Positions 1 to 11,637 of a DNA stretch of 64,000 nucleotides are shown here, one piece after another. The position numbers and the translations under genes were made by a program. How positions within the stretch are numbered: the first letter of the stretch is position 1; each line of letters opens with the position of its first letter. Source of the DNA: Candidatus Latescibacterota bacterium (GTDB lineage: Bacteria; Latescibacterota; UBA2968; GCA-2709665); the NCBI GenBank assembly GCA_965222075.1, contig OZ244937.1:352001-416000 (forward strand), written 5' to 3'. Under the pieces are notes generated by a model. That model did no database searches, was not told where the DNA came from, and saw only the letters and a program-made list of their open reading frames with translations.

Positions 1-24
1 GCCTTTTGCTGAAGTTCGCTTCGC

Positions 25-381
25 TTAGAGAAGCCCCCAGAGGATATAGAGCGCAGCCGTTCCGATGAGGGCGCCGCCGTAGCAGAGGACGGCCAGGGAG
101 AGGCGGAATTTGCGGATGCCCAGTTCGTAGAGGGAAAAGCGGATGCGGTGGGCCGCGTGGTAGAGGGGGAGGACGATGAGGACGGAGAGGTAGATTTTAA
201 CGAAGGGATTGGCGATGAGGGCCTGCATGCGCTCGTAGCCGAGGAGGTCCGCGTCGATGAGGCCAAGCGGCACGGCCAGGCCGTCCAGGAAGATGTGGAT
301 GGGGACCAGGAGCGCCGCGACCATGCCGCCCACGGAGAACATGGCCCACCAGAACGGTTCGTTTTTGTCGGCTTTGTACAC
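25..381 (-). CDS. frdD: Fumarate reductase membrane anchor subunit D
   Basis: 118 aa hydrophobic protein with EPFWWAMFSVGG start and LYHAAHRI motif typical of FrdD; last gene of frdABCD. Confidence 0.85.
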   Translation of the reverse strand: MYKADKNEPFWWAMFSVGGMVAALLVPIHIFLDGLAVPLGLIDADLLGYERMQALIANPFVKIYLSVLIVLPLYHAAHRIRFSLYELGIRKFRLSLAVLCYGGALIGTAALYILWGLL

Positions 382-392
382 GGTTTATCCCC

Positions 393-806
393 TCATTTGA
401 GGCAAAAGAAGAGGTAGACGACGAGGATTGAGGCGACGCCCCAGGCGGTATAGGCGCCCACCGCCACCAGCGCCGGGGGGACCGTTAAACGCCCCACGCG
501 GACGAGCTGAATTTTGGGAACCAGGCCCAGCCAGGTGATGCTGTGGTAGAGGGCAAAGATGAGGAAGATGGCGTAGAGGGCGATGAACAGTTCGGATCGG
601 AGCGATTGCCGGAACAGCCCGTGCACATCCGGCCCCCTGGTGAGCAGGAAGAATTCGTAGAGGTAGAGCAGGACGAAGAGGGCGACGAATACGCTGGTGA
701 GCTCCCGGACCATGAACATGAAGTACCTGCGGTTTTGCATCCACCAGGTGGCCGGGATGGGGCGATGATAGGTTCTGCTGGTGTATTCGGATTCGGTCTC
801 GATCAC
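393..806 (-). CDS. frdC: Fumarate reductase membrane anchor subunit C
   Basis: Y.RPIPATWW...[11 protein letters not shown] and HSITW motifs; GTG start at 806 overlaps frdB TGA (GTGA) after a GGGAGG RBS. Confidence 0.85.
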   Translation of the reverse strand: MIETESEYTSRTYHRPIPATWWMQNRRYFMFMVRELTSVFVALFVLLYLYEFFLLTRGPDVHGLFRQSLRSELFIALYAIFLIFALYHSITWLGLVPKIQLVRVGRLTVPPALVAVGAYTAWGVASILVVYLFFCLK

Positions 807-1552
807 TTTTCCCCTCCCCTTGGCAGGAGGAGCGATTTGAACCAGTCGGTGGTGGTGGCAACTTTCGTGCGCTGGATGGCCGCGGCCGGGTCCACGTCTT
901 TGGGGCAGACCTCCGAACACTCACCGATGTAGGTACACTCCCAGATCCCTTCACTGCTGGCGATGACTTCTTTTCGCGCATCCCGACCTTCGTCTCTGGA
1001 GTCCAGGTTGTACCGGTACGCCAGGGCGATGGCGGCCGGGCCGATGAATTCGGGCTCCCGCCCGTAGACCGGGCAGGCGGCGTAGCAGAGCATGCAGTTG
1101 ATGCACATGCTGAACTGCTTGTATTCTTTGAGCTGGTCCGGCGTCTGGAGATATTCCCCTTCTTCGACGGGTTTTTCCTCTTCCCGCACGATCCAGGGTT
1201 TCACCGCGCTGAGTTTCCCCATAAAGTCGGTCATGTCGATGACAAGGTCCCGGACAATGGGGAAGTTGAGCAGCGGTTCCACCTTGATTTCGTCCGGATA
1301 ATAATCCCGCAGGAAGGCCGCGCAGGTGAGTTTTGGCTCGCCGTTAACCATCATGCCGCAGCTTCCGCAGACGCCCATCCGGCAGGACCAGCGGTAGGAG
1401 AGCGTGCCGTCAATCTGATCTTTGATGTGGTTGAGCGCGTCCAGGACGACCCAGTCTTCTTGGTAGTCTATGTCGTAGGATTGCTCCGTGGGTTCGTCTT
1501 CCTGCTCGGGACGGTAGCGGGTTACGGTTATTGTCATTTTTCTATTGTTCAT
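803..1552 (-). CDS. frdB: Fumarate reductase iron-sulfur subunit
   Basis: [10 protein letters not shown]...C (2Fe-2S), [11 protein letters not shown] and [11 protein letters not shown] motifs; ATG at 1552 after AAGGGA. Confidence 0.93.
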   Translation of the reverse strand: MNNRKMTITVTRYRPEQEDEPTEQSYDIDYQEDWVVLDALNHIKDQIDGTLSYRWSCRMGVCGSCGMMVNGEPKLTCAAFLRDYYPDEIKVEPLLNFPIVRDLVIDMTDFMGKLSAVKPWIVREEEKPVEEGEYLQTPDQLKEYKQFSMCINCMLCYAACPVYGREPEFIGPAAIALAYRYNLDSRDEGRDARKEVIASSEGIWECTYIGECSEVCPKDVDPAAAIQRTKVATTTDWFKSLLLPRGGEK

Positions 1553-1568
1553 CGGTTTCCCTTTTTGA

Positions 1569-1601
1569 GTAGGGAGCGGGTGAGGCATGCCTCGCCCCTG
1601 C
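1569..1601. repeat. REP-like GTAG palindrome between frdA and frdB
   Basis: GTAGGGAGC-GGGTGAGGC-AT-GCCTCGCCC-CTGC hairpin, resembling GTAG-type extragenic palindromes. Confidence 0.5.
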
Positions 1602-1611
1602 GGTGCACGGC

Positions 1612-3321
1612 CTAATACTTGCGTTCCTCAAGCTGCCAGCGGGTGATGGTCGCGGGAAGGTAATCGATACGGGGGCCGTCCTCTGTCTGGTAGGCCAGGG
1701 AGTGCTGGAGGTAGTGTTCGTCGTTCCGCATTTCAAAGTCCAAACGGGCGTGCGACCCCCGCGATTCCTCCCTTTGAAGCGCAGAATGCGCCACGGCCTC
1801 GGACACGTCCAGCATATATCCCAGTTCGAGCGCGGTGATGAGTTCTGTGTTGAATACGCCCGATCGATCGTCCAATCCCACGGTATCATAGCGCTCCTTG
1901 AGTTTTCGGAGCGTTTCGCACGTTTCTTTGAGTTTCTCCTGCGTGCGGTAGATACCGACGCCCTGTTCCATGGCGCTTTGCATTTCACTGCGGATGTCGG
2001 CGATCCGCTCGCTGCGGTTTTGCGGCCGGAAGTATTTGGCTTCGATCCGATTCTGCTCGTCGTGGGCCATATTCCGGAGTGTGCCGGGCCGGGGGGCCTC
2101 CGCTTCTGCGGCATAGGCTGCGGCCGATCTGCCGGCGCGGGTGCCAAAGACGAGACACTCGGAGAGGGAGTTGGACCCCAGGCGGTTTGCGCCGTTCAGG
2201 CTCACACAGGCGGCTTCCCCTGCGGCAAAGAGGCCCGGTATGGGCATGGCTCCGTTGATGTCTGTGTGCACGCCGCCCATCATGTAGTGGACGACCGGGC
2301 GGACGGGAATGGGTTCGTGGACGGGGTCGATGCCGACGTAGTTTCGGGTCAGTTCCCTCACGAAGGGGAGCTTCTCGTTGATGACTTTTTCGCCCAGGTG
2401 CCGAAGGTCCAGGTGGACGTAGTGCCCATAGGTCCCCTCGAAGGCCCGGCCTGCCCGCATTTCGTGGATAAAGGCCCGGGACAGGATATCGCGAGGGCCC
2501 AGTTCCATCTTGCCGGGCACGTATTCGCTCAGGTATCGTTCACCTTTGCTGTTGAGCAGATGGCCTCCCTCTCCCCGGGACGCCTCCGTCATCAGGATGC
2601 CGGTTCCGGGCAGGCCGGTGGGGTGGTACTGCACAAATTCCATGTCTTTCATTGGGCAGCCGGCACGGTAGGCCAGGGCCATGCCGTCTCCGGTTTTGAT
2701 GGCTGCATTGGTTGTGAAGGGGAAGACCCGGCCGCCGCCGCCGGTGCAGATGATGACCGCCTTTGCCGGAATGGCGTGAATGCCTCCGGAGCGCAGGTTG
2801 AGGGCGGCTACGCCGCAGACCTTTCCGTCGTCTATCAGCAGCGAAGTGACAAACCACTCGTCGTAGCGGGTGATGGCGTCGTATTTCAGGGAGGTCTGGA
2901 AGAGGGCGTGGAGCATGTGGAACCCGGTTTTGTCGGCGGCAAAGAGGGTTCGCTTTACGCTCATGCCTCCAAAGGCTCTCACACTCACCCGGCCGTCCGG
3001 GTCCCGGCTCCAGGGGCAGCCCCAGTGCTCCAGCTGGATGACTTCGTCCCGGGCCTCTTTTACAAAAGCTTCGACCACATCCTGGTCGGCCAGGAAATCG
3101 CTGCCCTTGATGGTGTCGTAGGCGTGCAGGTCCAGGTTGTCGTATTCGCGCATGACCGCGGCGGTTCCACCCTCGGCCGAGACGGTGTGGCTGCGCATGG
3201 GGTAAACCTTGGATACAACGCCGATGTTGATGCCTTCCCGGGCCTGGGCCGCTGCGATGGCGGCGCGCAGGCCGGCGGCGCCCCCCCCTACCAGCAGGAC
3301 ATCATGCGCTGGAATGTTCAT
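1612..3321 (-). CDS. frdA: Fumarate reductase/succinate dehydrogenase flavoprotein
   Basis: GGGAAG FAD motif, [10 protein letters not shown] covalent-FAD His, [28 protein letters not shown]. Confidence 0.95.
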   Translation of the reverse strand: MNIPAHDVLLVGGGAAGLRAAIAAAQAREGINIGVVSKVYPMRSHTVSAEGGTAAVMREYDNLDLHAYDTIKGSDFLADQDVVEAFVKEARDEVIQLEHWGCPWSRDPDGRVSVRAFGGMSVKRTLFAADKTGFHMLHALFQTSLKYDAITRYDEWFVTSLLIDDGKVCGVAALNLRSGGIHAIPAKAVIICTGGGGRVFPFTTNAAIKTGDGMALAYRAGCPMKDMEFVQYHPTGLPGTGILMTEASRGEGGHLLNSKGERYLSEYVPGKMELGPRDILSRAFIHEMRAGRAFEGTYGHYVHLDLRHLGEKVINEKLPFVRELTRNYVGIDPVHEPIPVRPVVHYMMGGVHTDINGAMPIPGLFAAGEAACVSLNGANRLGSNSLSECLVFGTRAGRSAAAYAAEAEAPRPGTLRNMAHDEQNRIEAKYFRPQNRSERIADIRSEMQSAMEQGVGIYRTQEKLKETCETLRKLKERYDTVGLDDRSGVFNTELITALELGYMLDVSEAVAHSALQREESRGSHARLDFEMRNDEHYLQHSLAYQTEDGPRIDYLPATITRWQLEERKY

Positions 3322-3393
3322 GGAAATCCTCTGCCGAGTAATTTTCTTAAAAAAAATTATAAAAACTTATATTTATTCACGTTTATTTCACTT

Positions 3394-3422
3394 AAAATAA
3401 TCTTTCTTCAAGGGCCAGTCAA
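3394..3422 (-). promoter_or_regulatory. Putative sigma70 promoter of frd operon
   Basis: Minus strand TTGACT-N17-TATTTT inside an AT-rich intergenic region. Confidence 0.5.
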
Positions 3423-3466
3423 TTAAAATTTCAATGCGCGGAGGTGGCTGGCCGGTCCTCTGTTTG

Positions 3467-4564
3467 CTATTGCAACCGCCCCCGTCCCAGGAGAGGCCAG
3501 ACGGTTTCGACGAGGCCGTTGCGGATGCCGTAGAGTTCGTTGTGCAGGAAGATGGTGGTGTCGGAGTAGCCCGCGATGAATTCGAATTTGTCGCCCAGGT
3601 GCGGGGCTTCCGCAGGCTCGGTCAGTTCGATTTTGCCGTGTTCGGCCGACAGGCCCACCGATTCCACGTTGGGAATGCCGACCGGTTCGGGCACGTCGGC
3701 GTCGCTGCTCATGGTCTTTTTGCCCGCGTCGCAGATGATGCGTGTAGGCATCGGACGGCTGGTGACGGTGGCCTGGACGGTGAGCGCATATTCATGATCG
3801 ACACCGAAGACGGTTTTGTAATGGATGTCGCAGAAGATGCCCCCTCCGGCCTCGATTTCGGTGACGCCCGGCTGGAAGGCGCTGATCCAGTAGGTGCCCG
3901 TGCCGCCGCAGCTGACGATGTCAACCGGTATGCCGGCATCTCGACACATCTGTGCGCTGTGCGTGAGCTTCCGAAGCCCATCGGCAACGACCTGTTGCTT
4001 TTCGTCGGGATCTGTGATGCACAGCGCATGCGACTCCCAGGTCTGGACGCCGGAAAACTGCAGCCCTTCGCAGGTCACGATCTTGCGGGCCAGGTCCAGG
4101 ACGGGTTCTCCGGGTTCCACGCCTGCGCGGTTCATGCCCACATTGACTTCGACGAGCACGCGCAGCCGGACGCCTTTTTCACGGGCCGCACGGTCGAGGG
4201 CCTCTATATTTTTCTCGTTGTCGACGATGACCATAACGTCGGCGTGCCAGCACAGGTTGACCAGCCGGGCGATCTTTTGCGGTCCCACGATCTGGTTGGC
4301 GATGAGGATGTCCCGGATGCCGGCGGCGGCCATGACTTCGGCTTCGCCGAGCTTTGCACAGGTGATGCCGCTGGCGCCCGCTTTCAGGAGGATGTGGGCG
4401 AGGGCGGGCGTTTTCATCGCCTTGGTGTGGGGACGCCAACAGACGCCGGCCTCCTGGATGATGATGCGGGCCATGCGCTGGATGTTGCGGTCCATCACGT
4501 CGAGGTCCACCAGGAGAGCCGGGGTGTCGAGGTCCTCTTTGGGGCGGCCGACCGGGCTTATCAT
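3467..4564 (-). CDS. DSD1/D-threonine aldolase-like PLP-dependent enzyme (alanine racemase fold)
   Basis: DLDTPALLVDLD, WRPHTK (PLP Lys), GMNRAGV, GGTGT, DAGKKT, LSAEHG; ATG at 4564 after AGGAAAGGA. Confidence 0.88.
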   Translation of the reverse strand: MISPVGRPKEDLDTPALLVDLDVMDRNIQRMARIIIQEAGVCWRPHTKAMKTPALAHILLKAGASGITCAKLGEAEVMAAAGIRDILIANQIVGPQKIARLVNLCWHADVMVIVDNEKNIEALDRAAREKGVRLRVLVEVNVGMNRAGVEPGEPVLDLARKIVTCEGLQFSGVQTWESHALCITDPDEKQQVVADGLRKLTHSAQMCRDAGIPVDIVSCGGTGTYWISAFQPGVTEIEAGGGIFCDIHYKTVFGVDHEYALTVQATVTSRPMPTRIICDAGKKTMSSDADVPEPVGIPNVESVGLSAEHGKIELTEPAEAPHLGDKFEFIAGYSDTTIFLHNELYGIRNGLVETVWPLLGRGRLQ

Positions 4565-4755
4565 GGATGGGGTCCTTTCCTGGGGTTTACATCGGAACGG
4601 TTGGGAACGCTGGTGAAGGTGGCTCCCCGCCGGGGGGATGAGGACCGTGTGGAAGCGTTCGGTGTGTCGGTCCCGGGGAGGCAAGATACATCCGAAGACC
4701 GGCGTGCGCAAGTAGAGAAAAAGGGGAGCGCTGGAAAACGGCTTCTTGGGAATGC

Positions 4756-4783
4756 TTGACATTCCGCACACATTCTTTACCTT
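4756..4783 (+). promoter_or_regulatory. Putative sigma70 promoter
   Basis: TTGACA-N16-TACCTT about 40 bp upstream of the 4822 ATG. Confidence 0.5.
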
Positions 4784-4821
4784 AAATGCACACAGCGGAA
4801 ATCTCAGGTTGGGAGGACGGA

Positions 4822-6012
4822 ATGGATCGTCTCAAGATTGCCCTGGTGGGCGCGGGGCGCCGGGGTTCGGGCGCGCATCTGCCGGTGATTGTACGGTTGA
4901 CCGATGCCTACGAACTGGTGGCGGTCTGCGATCAGGATGGTGAGACGGCAACGCGTCTGGCCGCCGAGCACGGGGCGAGGGCCTACACGAGCGTGCGCGA
5001 TCTGGTGGAGAACGAGGCGCTGGATGTTGCGGATGTGGTGGTGCCGGGGCCGGCGCACCACAGTGTTTGCTGTTTTCTGGAGCGCGCCGGTGTGAACGTG
5101 ATTGTGGAGACGCCGATAGCAAACACCCGGCAGATGGCCGATCTGATGATGCGGACGGCGCAGGAGGCGGGGGTCAGGCTGGAGGTGGCGGAGAACTATT
5201 ACCGGGCGCCGATCGAGCGGTTGAAAAAGCAGGTGCTCACGTCGGGGGCCATTGGGGAGGTGAGCCGGATTTACCGAATTTTACACGAGGGAGGGTACCA
5301 CGGGATGAGCCTGATGCGGGTGCTGGCGGGGGGGAATCCCACTTCGGTGATCGGGTTGAGCCACGTGACGCAGGTGGTGCCGCATACGGACCTGATGAAG
5401 CGACACCATACGCAGGAGAACTGGAGTCTGAGTTTTCTGGAGTTTGACAACGGCGTGGGGGCGCTGATGGTCTATTCGAATGTGGCCCACGCCCGCTCTC
5501 TGGGACGGAAGCAGACAGGGGTGGACGAGGTTGATGGGACGGCCGGGAGTATCGTGGACGGCGCCGTGTATGCGGTTCCCGGGGAGGAGTTGGAGACGGG
5601 GGCGCGGGGACGGGCGATTGAACCGGTGCGGATAACCGAGACGGTGGAGGGCGTGGAGGTGCTCCGCGAGATTCGCTACGATTTGCCGGAGGGGCCCATT
5701 GTGTGGGAGAACCCGTTTGCCCGGTATCCCCTCCGGGAGGGACAGGTGGCTGTTGCGGACGAGTTGCTGAGTATTGCGAATGCCGTGTGGGAGGACCGGG
5801 ACCCGGATTACGGGGCCGCGGCAGGGCGGCTGGATCAGGAGATGGCCCTGGCGGCGAGTGTGTCGGTGCAGCTCAACCGGGAGACGGTGCGTTTTCCGCT
5901 GCCCGGGGAGACGGAGGTGGAGCGGAATATGCACCATCGGTTCGAGGAGGAGTTCGGGCATGCCTGGGACGATGTGGATGGATTGATCGATGTTTTTTAT
6001 TCCAGGAGGTAG
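4822..6012 (+). CDS. Gfo/Idh/MocA family oxidoreductase
   Basis: KIALVGAGRRG Rossmann motif, ETP (EKP-like), VAENY; GGAGG RBS. Confidence 0.85.
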   Translation: MDRLKIALVGAGRRGSGAHLPVIVRLTDAYELVAVCDQDGETATRLAAEHGARAYTSVRDLVENEALDVADVVVPGPAHHSVCCFLERAGVNVIVETPIANTRQMADLMMRTAQEAGVRLEVAENYYRAPIERLKKQVLTSGAIGEVSRIYRILHEGGYHGMSLMRVLAGGNPTSVIGLSHVTQVVPHTDLMKRHHTQENWSLSFLEFDNGVGALMVYSNVAHARSLGRKQTGVDEVDGTAGSIVDGAVYAVPGEELETGARGRAIEPVRITETVEGVEVLREIRYDLPEGPIVWENPFARYPLREGQVAVADELLSIANAVWEDRDPDYGAAAGRLDQEMALAASVSVQLNRETVRFPLPGETEVERNMHHRFEEEFGHAWDDVDGLIDVFYSRR

Positions 6013-6046
6013 CTGGTTTATTCTTGGATAAGAAAGGATCTCCACA

Positions 6047-6454
6047 ATGGAAGAACAGGTGGTTGTTTACGACGGTGAGTGCCGATTCTGCCAGTGGAGT
6101 ATAAGACGTGTTCAGAGGCTGGACTCCCTGGACCAGTTCGAATATCTGCCCCGCCAGGCCGAAGGGGCGGAGGCGCGGTTCCCAAAGCTGGCCGAATCGG
6201 ATTTTAATACGGGGCTCCGGTTTGTGGTGGGTGGAGATGACATCCGGGTGGGAGCGGATGCGGTGTACGAGATTTACCGGCGGATGCCGCCGTTTCACCT
6301 GGTGGCCTGGTTTTACCGGGTGCCTGTTCTTCACCAGTTTTTCCGTATGTGTTACGCGTTGATTGCCCGCAACCGCCACTGGTTTGGACCTGTGGAGTGC
6401 GATACGGAGGCCTGCGATGCGCCATCCGAGGCGCGTTCTGCGTCCGGAGATTGA
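6047..6454 (+). CDS. DCC1/DUF393 thiol-disulfide oxidoreductase family protein
   Basis: VVYDGECRFC (DxxCxxC) and YALIARNRH motifs. Confidence 0.85.
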   Translation: MEEQVVVYDGECRFCQWSIRRVQRLDSLDQFEYLPRQAEGAEARFPKLAESDFNTGLRFVVGGDDIRVGADAVYEIYRRMPPFHLVAWFYRVPVLHQFFRMCYALIARNRHWFGPVECDTEACDAPSEARSASGD

Positions 6455-6486
6455 AGAGAAAAAAAGTTCCAGGTTAGGGAGGTTGA

Positions 6487-7503
<1,017 letters not shown>

Positions 7504-7510
7504 AAACAAC

Positions 7511-7539
7511 TTGACGCGTCCGGGAGAAATGGGTATTTT
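7511..7539 (+). promoter_or_regulatory. Putative sigma70 promoter of trpS
   Basis: TTGACG-N17-TATTTT. Confidence 0.35.
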
Positions 7540-7740
7540 TGATCTGTACTTGAAGATTTCAATCCAAAGGTGATCGTGATGATGGCACGCGATGGACATG
7601 TCCGGGGCTGGTGGTATGAATCCATTCATACCGGTCGGCTCACTGTGTGCTGAATTCAAGGTTAAATTTTAAAACGATTTGCATCTCTGCCGGCCGGTCC
7701 AGCAGGGATTTTTATTTTTCAGGAAGAGGAGGTTTGGAAA

Positions 7741-8808
7741 ATGGCAGGACGAAGACGGATTTTGACGGGTGACCGCCCCACGGGGCGGATGCACCTGGGG
7801 AATTATATAGGATCAATGAAGAACCGGGTGAGGCTTCAGGATGAGTACGAGTGTTATTTTTTAATCGCGGATCTCCATATGCTGACGACGCGCCCGGAGA
7901 AGGAGCATATCGAGGCGCTGCGGGAGAACATCCGCGAGATGGTGCTCGACTACCTGGCGGTGGGGATCGACCCGTCGAAGTCAACGGTTTACCTTCAGTC
8001 GGCGGTTCACGCGGTTTATGAGATGAACCTCTTCTTTGAGATGCTGGTGACCCTTCCTCGCGTTGCACGGTTGCCAAGTATCAAGGATATGGCGCGTGCC
8101 GCGAATATGGACGATGAGGCCATTCCGTTCGGGCTGGTGGGTTATCCCATCCTGCAGGCGGCGGATATTCTGATGCCGCGCGCGCACCTGGTGCCCGTGG
8201 GAAAGGATAATGAGGCCCACGTGGAGGTGACCCGGGAGATCGCCCGTCGGTTCAATAATTATTACGGCGAGGTGTTTCCGATTCCGGATGCGATGATCGG
8301 GGAGGTGCCCACGCTGGTGGGCACCGACGGGCAGGCGAAGATGGGCAAGAGCCTGGACAACGCGATTTATCTGTCGGACGACGCCGGGGCGGTGGAGAAG
8401 CGGGTGCGCAGTATGTACACAGATCCCAGGCGGGTGCGCGCCGATATTCCGGGGACGGTGGAGGGAAATCCGGTTTTTATTTATCACGATGCGTTCAATC
8501 CGAACCGGGAAGAGGTGGGGGACCTGAAGGCCCGGTACCGGGAGGGGAAGGTGGGGGATGTGGAGGTGAAAGGGAAATTGGCCAGTGCGCTCAACGCTTT
8601 TCTGGATCCGATCCGGGATCGCCGCCAGCGCTTTGCAGAGGATAGGGGATACGTGGAAGAGGTGCTCTACGAGGGGACGCTGCGGGTGCAGCGGGTTGCG
8701 GATGAGACGCTGCGGACGATGAAGGCGGCGATGGGGCTGACGGGCATCTGGAACCGGATTTCCCGCCAGGCCCGGAAACGCATGGAAAAGAAGGAGGTCG
8801 GGGCGTGA
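7741..8808 (+). CDS. trpS: Tryptophan--tRNA ligase
   Basis: TGDRPTGRMHLGN (HIGH), YPILQAADI, VPVGKD, KMGKS (KMSKS). Confidence 0.96.
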   Translation: MAGRRRILTGDRPTGRMHLGNYIGSMKNRVRLQDEYECYFLIADLHMLTTRPEKEHIEALRENIREMVLDYLAVGIDPSKSTVYLQSAVHAVYEMNLFFEMLVTLPRVARLPSIKDMARAANMDDEAIPFGLVGYPILQAADILMPRAHLVPVGKDNEAHVEVTREIARRFNNYYGEVFPIPDAMIGEVPTLVGTDGQAKMGKSLDNAIYLSDDAGAVEKRVRSMYTDPRRVRADIPGTVEGNPVFIYHDAFNPNREEVGDLKARYREGKVGDVEVKGKLASALNAFLDPIRDRRQRFAEDRGYVEEVLYEGTLRVQRVADETLRTMKAAMGLTGIWNRISRQARKRMEKKEVGA

Positions 8809-8827
8809 TTGGAAGGGGGATGAGGTC

Positions 8828-9412
8828 CTAATCTGAAATCCCCAGTTTTTCGAAGACGGCTTTCCACCGCTCCGGGTGGCTGCCGTGGGTGTGCTGAGGG
8901 CGAAAGCCGGCGGTAAGATAAGATTTGATGGCGGGCAGGCGCCAGTCGTCGGTGAGGAGGTGGGCCTGCTGGAAGTTGAGGGCTTTCAGGCGGTGGAGGA
9001 CGGCGGCGTTGACGAGGTGGCCCAGGCTCCTGCGCCGGTGGGCTTCGAGGACGGCGACCATGTGGACCTCGCCGACGGTCTCCGCGTCGGGGGTTTTGCG
9101 CCATGCGCATGCGCTGGCGACCGGCCGGCCGTCACAGGTGGCGAAGAAGAGGTTTTCGGGGTGGAAGCGGAGATCGTCGATGAGCTTTTCGCGGCAGGTT
9201 TCAACGGTCCAGTTCCGGCCGACGTTGCCTTCCATGATGGTGCACCAGGCGGATTCGTCGCCCGCTTTGTACGTGCGAAGGCCGTAGCCGGGGGGGATGA
9301 GGATTTCGGGGAGGTCGTCGAGGGTCTCCCGGAGCATTTCAAGCTGGGTCAAGGGACTTTCGGACGCGGACGGGCGTTTCTTGAAGCGTCGGGATAGGAG
9401 ACGTCGAAACAT
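8828..9412 (-). CDS. GNAT family N-acetyltransferase
   Basis: VHMVAVLEAHRRRSLG acetyl-CoA motif A, L.TDDWRLPAIKSY..AGF. Confidence 0.8.
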   Translation of the reverse strand: MFRRLLSRRFKKRPSASESPLTQLEMLRETLDDLPEILIPPGYGLRTYKAGDESAWCTIMEGNVGRNWTVETCREKLIDDLRFHPENLFFATCDGRPVASACAWRKTPDAETVGEVHMVAVLEAHRRRSLGHLVNAAVLHRLKALNFQQAHLLTDDWRLPAIKSYLTAGFRPQHTHGSHPERWKAVFEKLGISD

Positions 9413-9464
9413 TGAGATTTCTCCATGTGGTTTCTCAGGCGTCGGTGGGCGACCGGTGTTGTGA

Positions 9465-10496
9465 TTATGCCACGCACAGGAAGTCTCTGCCTTCTGTGAG
9501 GCCGATTTTGTGGAGGTGGTCCCGAATGCGGGCGCGGGCGCCCCGGGAAGGGACGGCGGCCAGGATGAGGGGCCTTCCGGACGATTCCCAGGTGTGGGGC
9601 AGGGCTTCGGGGGAGACGATGGGCGCGCCCCGGCGGGTGTTTCCGATCTTTTTGGGGTCGATATCGACAAAGGCGATCAGGGTTATGCCCTCCCGCTGGA
9701 GGTGTTTCGAAAGGCGCCGGCCGATCTGTCCCGCGCCCCAGATGATGGCCCGGGGAGCCCGGGCGAGGGGGCCGAGCCGGAGGTAGCGGGCTTTGGCCCG
9801 GAGAAAATTTTCGACGGCGTAGCGATCGTCCCGGCGGGTGAGCCTGCCCGGGCTTTCGCGCCAGGAGAGGAGGACGCGGGGGATTTTGGCAAAGCGCCTG
9901 CCGGCGAGGTGGAGCCGTAGCCAGAGATCGTAGTCTTCGGCCCACCCGAAGTCTTTGTAGCCGCCCACCTCCGTCAGGGCCTCCCGGCGCACCATGACAG
10001 AAGGGTGGGGCAGGGGGCTTTCGATGTAGATCTCCCGGGCGATGTCTTCGGGGGTGAGGAGGCTGTTGAGCCAGGCTTCGTAGACCCGGAAGCCCTCTCC
10101 GACCTCTGGGCGGGGGAAGCAGCGGACGAGGGAGCTGACCAGGGCGATGCCGGGGTGTTGTTGCAGGAACCCGTACTGGAGGCCGAGCCGGTCCGGATGA
10201 GCGATGTCATCAGCGTCCATCCTGGCGATGAGAGGCCCATCAGCCTGCGCCAGGCCCGTGTTGAGGGCCTGGATGAGGCCCTGTCTGCCGGGAAACAGGG
10301 GGCGGATACGGGGGTCACGCAGGGCATACTGTTTGAGGAGTATTGGGGTGTTGTCTTCCGATCCGTCGTCTATGGCGATGACTTCGAAGGCCTCAAAGCG
10401 CTGCCGGAGGAGGCTTTGCAGGGCCTGGTCAAGGGTGGCCTCTGCGTTGTAGACCGGCAGGAGTACGGAGATAGGCGGTGCTATGGCCCTGTACAT
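9465..10496 (-). CDS. Glycosyltransferase family 2
   Basis: ISVLLPVYN, IDDGSED, RMDADD, HPSV, EDYDLW; C-terminal IWGAG Rossmann-like domain. Confidence 0.9.
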   Translation of the reverse strand: MYRAIAPPISVLLPVYNAEATLDQALQSLLRQRFEAFEVIAIDDGSEDNTPILLKQYALRDPRIRPLFPGRQGLIQALNTGLAQADGPLIARMDADDIAHPDRLGLQYGFLQQHPGIALVSSLVRCFPRPEVGEGFRVYEAWLNSLLTPEDIAREIYIESPLPHPSVMVRREALTEVGGYKDFGWAEDYDLWLRLHLAGRRFAKIPRVLLSWRESPGRLTRRDDRYAVENFLRAKARYLRLGPLARAPRAIIWGAGQIGRRLSKHLQREGITLIAFVDIDPKKIGNTRRGAPIVSPEALPHTWESSGRPLILAAVPSRGARARIRDHLHKIGLTEGRDFLCVA

Positions 10497-10599
10497 ACGG
10501 TCGATTCCCGGTTTTGATGCTCCAGGGAGAGAGCGGATACCCCCATAATAACCGATTGGGTGAGGCCAGGTCAAGGGGTTCAAACGATCCCAAAAAATC

Positions 10600-10628
10600 T
10601 TGACTTTTCACAGGGCTTATAATATACT
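10600..10628 (+). promoter_or_regulatory. Sigma70 promoter of nuo cluster
   Basis: TTGACT-N17-TATACT, 135 bp upstream of nuoA. Confidence 0.7.
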
Positions 10629-10763
10629 ACAACCTTGAGGAGAACTTATTATCTTTAAGCCGATTTTTGAGTCTGATTTGTAAAAAATGGAAGGGGTGAC
10701 GGATGTGTTCACACTGTTTCTTGTCCCCCTTTTTTTAATCAGACGAGAGGCCTGCACAAAGAG

Positions 10764-11129
10764 ATGCTGAGAGACTACCTTCCGATTGCTATTCTGATGG
10801 CGGTCGCTGTCGGGTTTGCGCTGGTCAGCCTTGCGGCCACACATTTGTTTGGGCCCTGGCGTCCGAATCCGGTTAAGCTCTCGCCCTACGAGTCGGGCGT
10901 TCCGCCTGTGGGCGACGCCAGATTGCGGTTTTCGATCAAGTTTTATCTGGTGGCGATGCTTTTTATCATTTTCGATATCGAAGTGGTTTTTCTCTACCCC
11001 TGGGCTGTGGTTTTTCGGAAACTGCTGGCTCAAGGGTACTTTATTTTTATCGAGATGGTTGTTTTTATCGGGGTGCTGGTACTGGGTCTGGCTTATGTCT
11101 GGAGAAAAGGGGGACTGGAATGGGATTAG
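10764..11129 (+). CDS. nuoA: NADH-quinone oxidoreductase subunit A
   Basis: [33 protein letters not shown]. Confidence 0.96.
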   Translation: MLRDYLPIAILMAVAVGFALVSLAATHLFGPWRPNPVKLSPYESGVPPVGDARLRFSIKFYLVAMLFIIFDIEVVFLYPWAVVFRKLLAQGYFIFIEMVVFIGVLVLGLAYVWRKGGLEWD

Positions 11130-11605
11130 AGACCGGTCTGGGTGAGAATGTGTTCACCACAACTATGGACAGGATGATCAACTGGGCGCGCAAAAGCTCC
11201 CTTTGGCCAATGCCCTTTGGCACCGCCTGCTGCGCCATTGAGATGATGGCCACTCTGTCGGGACGCTTCGATATGGCACGCTTTGGCGCAGAGGCCGTCA
11301 GGTTCTCCCCTCGCCAGTCGGACCTGTTGATCGTGTCGGGGAGGATCTCGATCAAGATGATGCCGGTGTTGAAGAAGATCTACGATCAGATGCCCGACCC
11401 GAAGTGGGTGATCTCGATGGGTGCGTGTGCCTCATCCGGGGGGGTGTTCAACACCTATACGCTGGTTCAGGGGGTGGATCAGTTTCTTCCGGTGGATGTG
11501 TATGTGCCCGGGTGTCCGCCCCGTCCGGAGGATCTGCTATATGCATTGATGAAGGTCCAGGAGAAGATTGACCGGGAGCAGCCGACCCGGGCTGCAGGGG
11601 CATAG
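11120..11605 (+). CDS. nuoB: NADH-quinone oxidoreductase subunit B
   Basis: [33 protein letters not shown]. Confidence 0.97.
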   Translation: MGLETGLGENVFTTTMDRMINWARKSSLWPMPFGTACCAIEMMATLSGRFDMARFGAEAVRFSPRQSDLLIVSGRISIKMMPVLKKIYDQMPDPKWVISMGACASSGGVFNTYTLVQGVDQFLPVDVYVPGCPPRPEDLLYALMKVQEKIDREQPTRAAGA

Positions 11606-11637
11606 AAGAGGCAGTGGCAGCAGACAGGAGCAGGGCT

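Noticed and set aside
7540-7740. T-box riboswitch upstream of trpS
   Set aside because: No AAnnnnGGTGGnACC T-box consensus or terminator/antiterminator pair seen.
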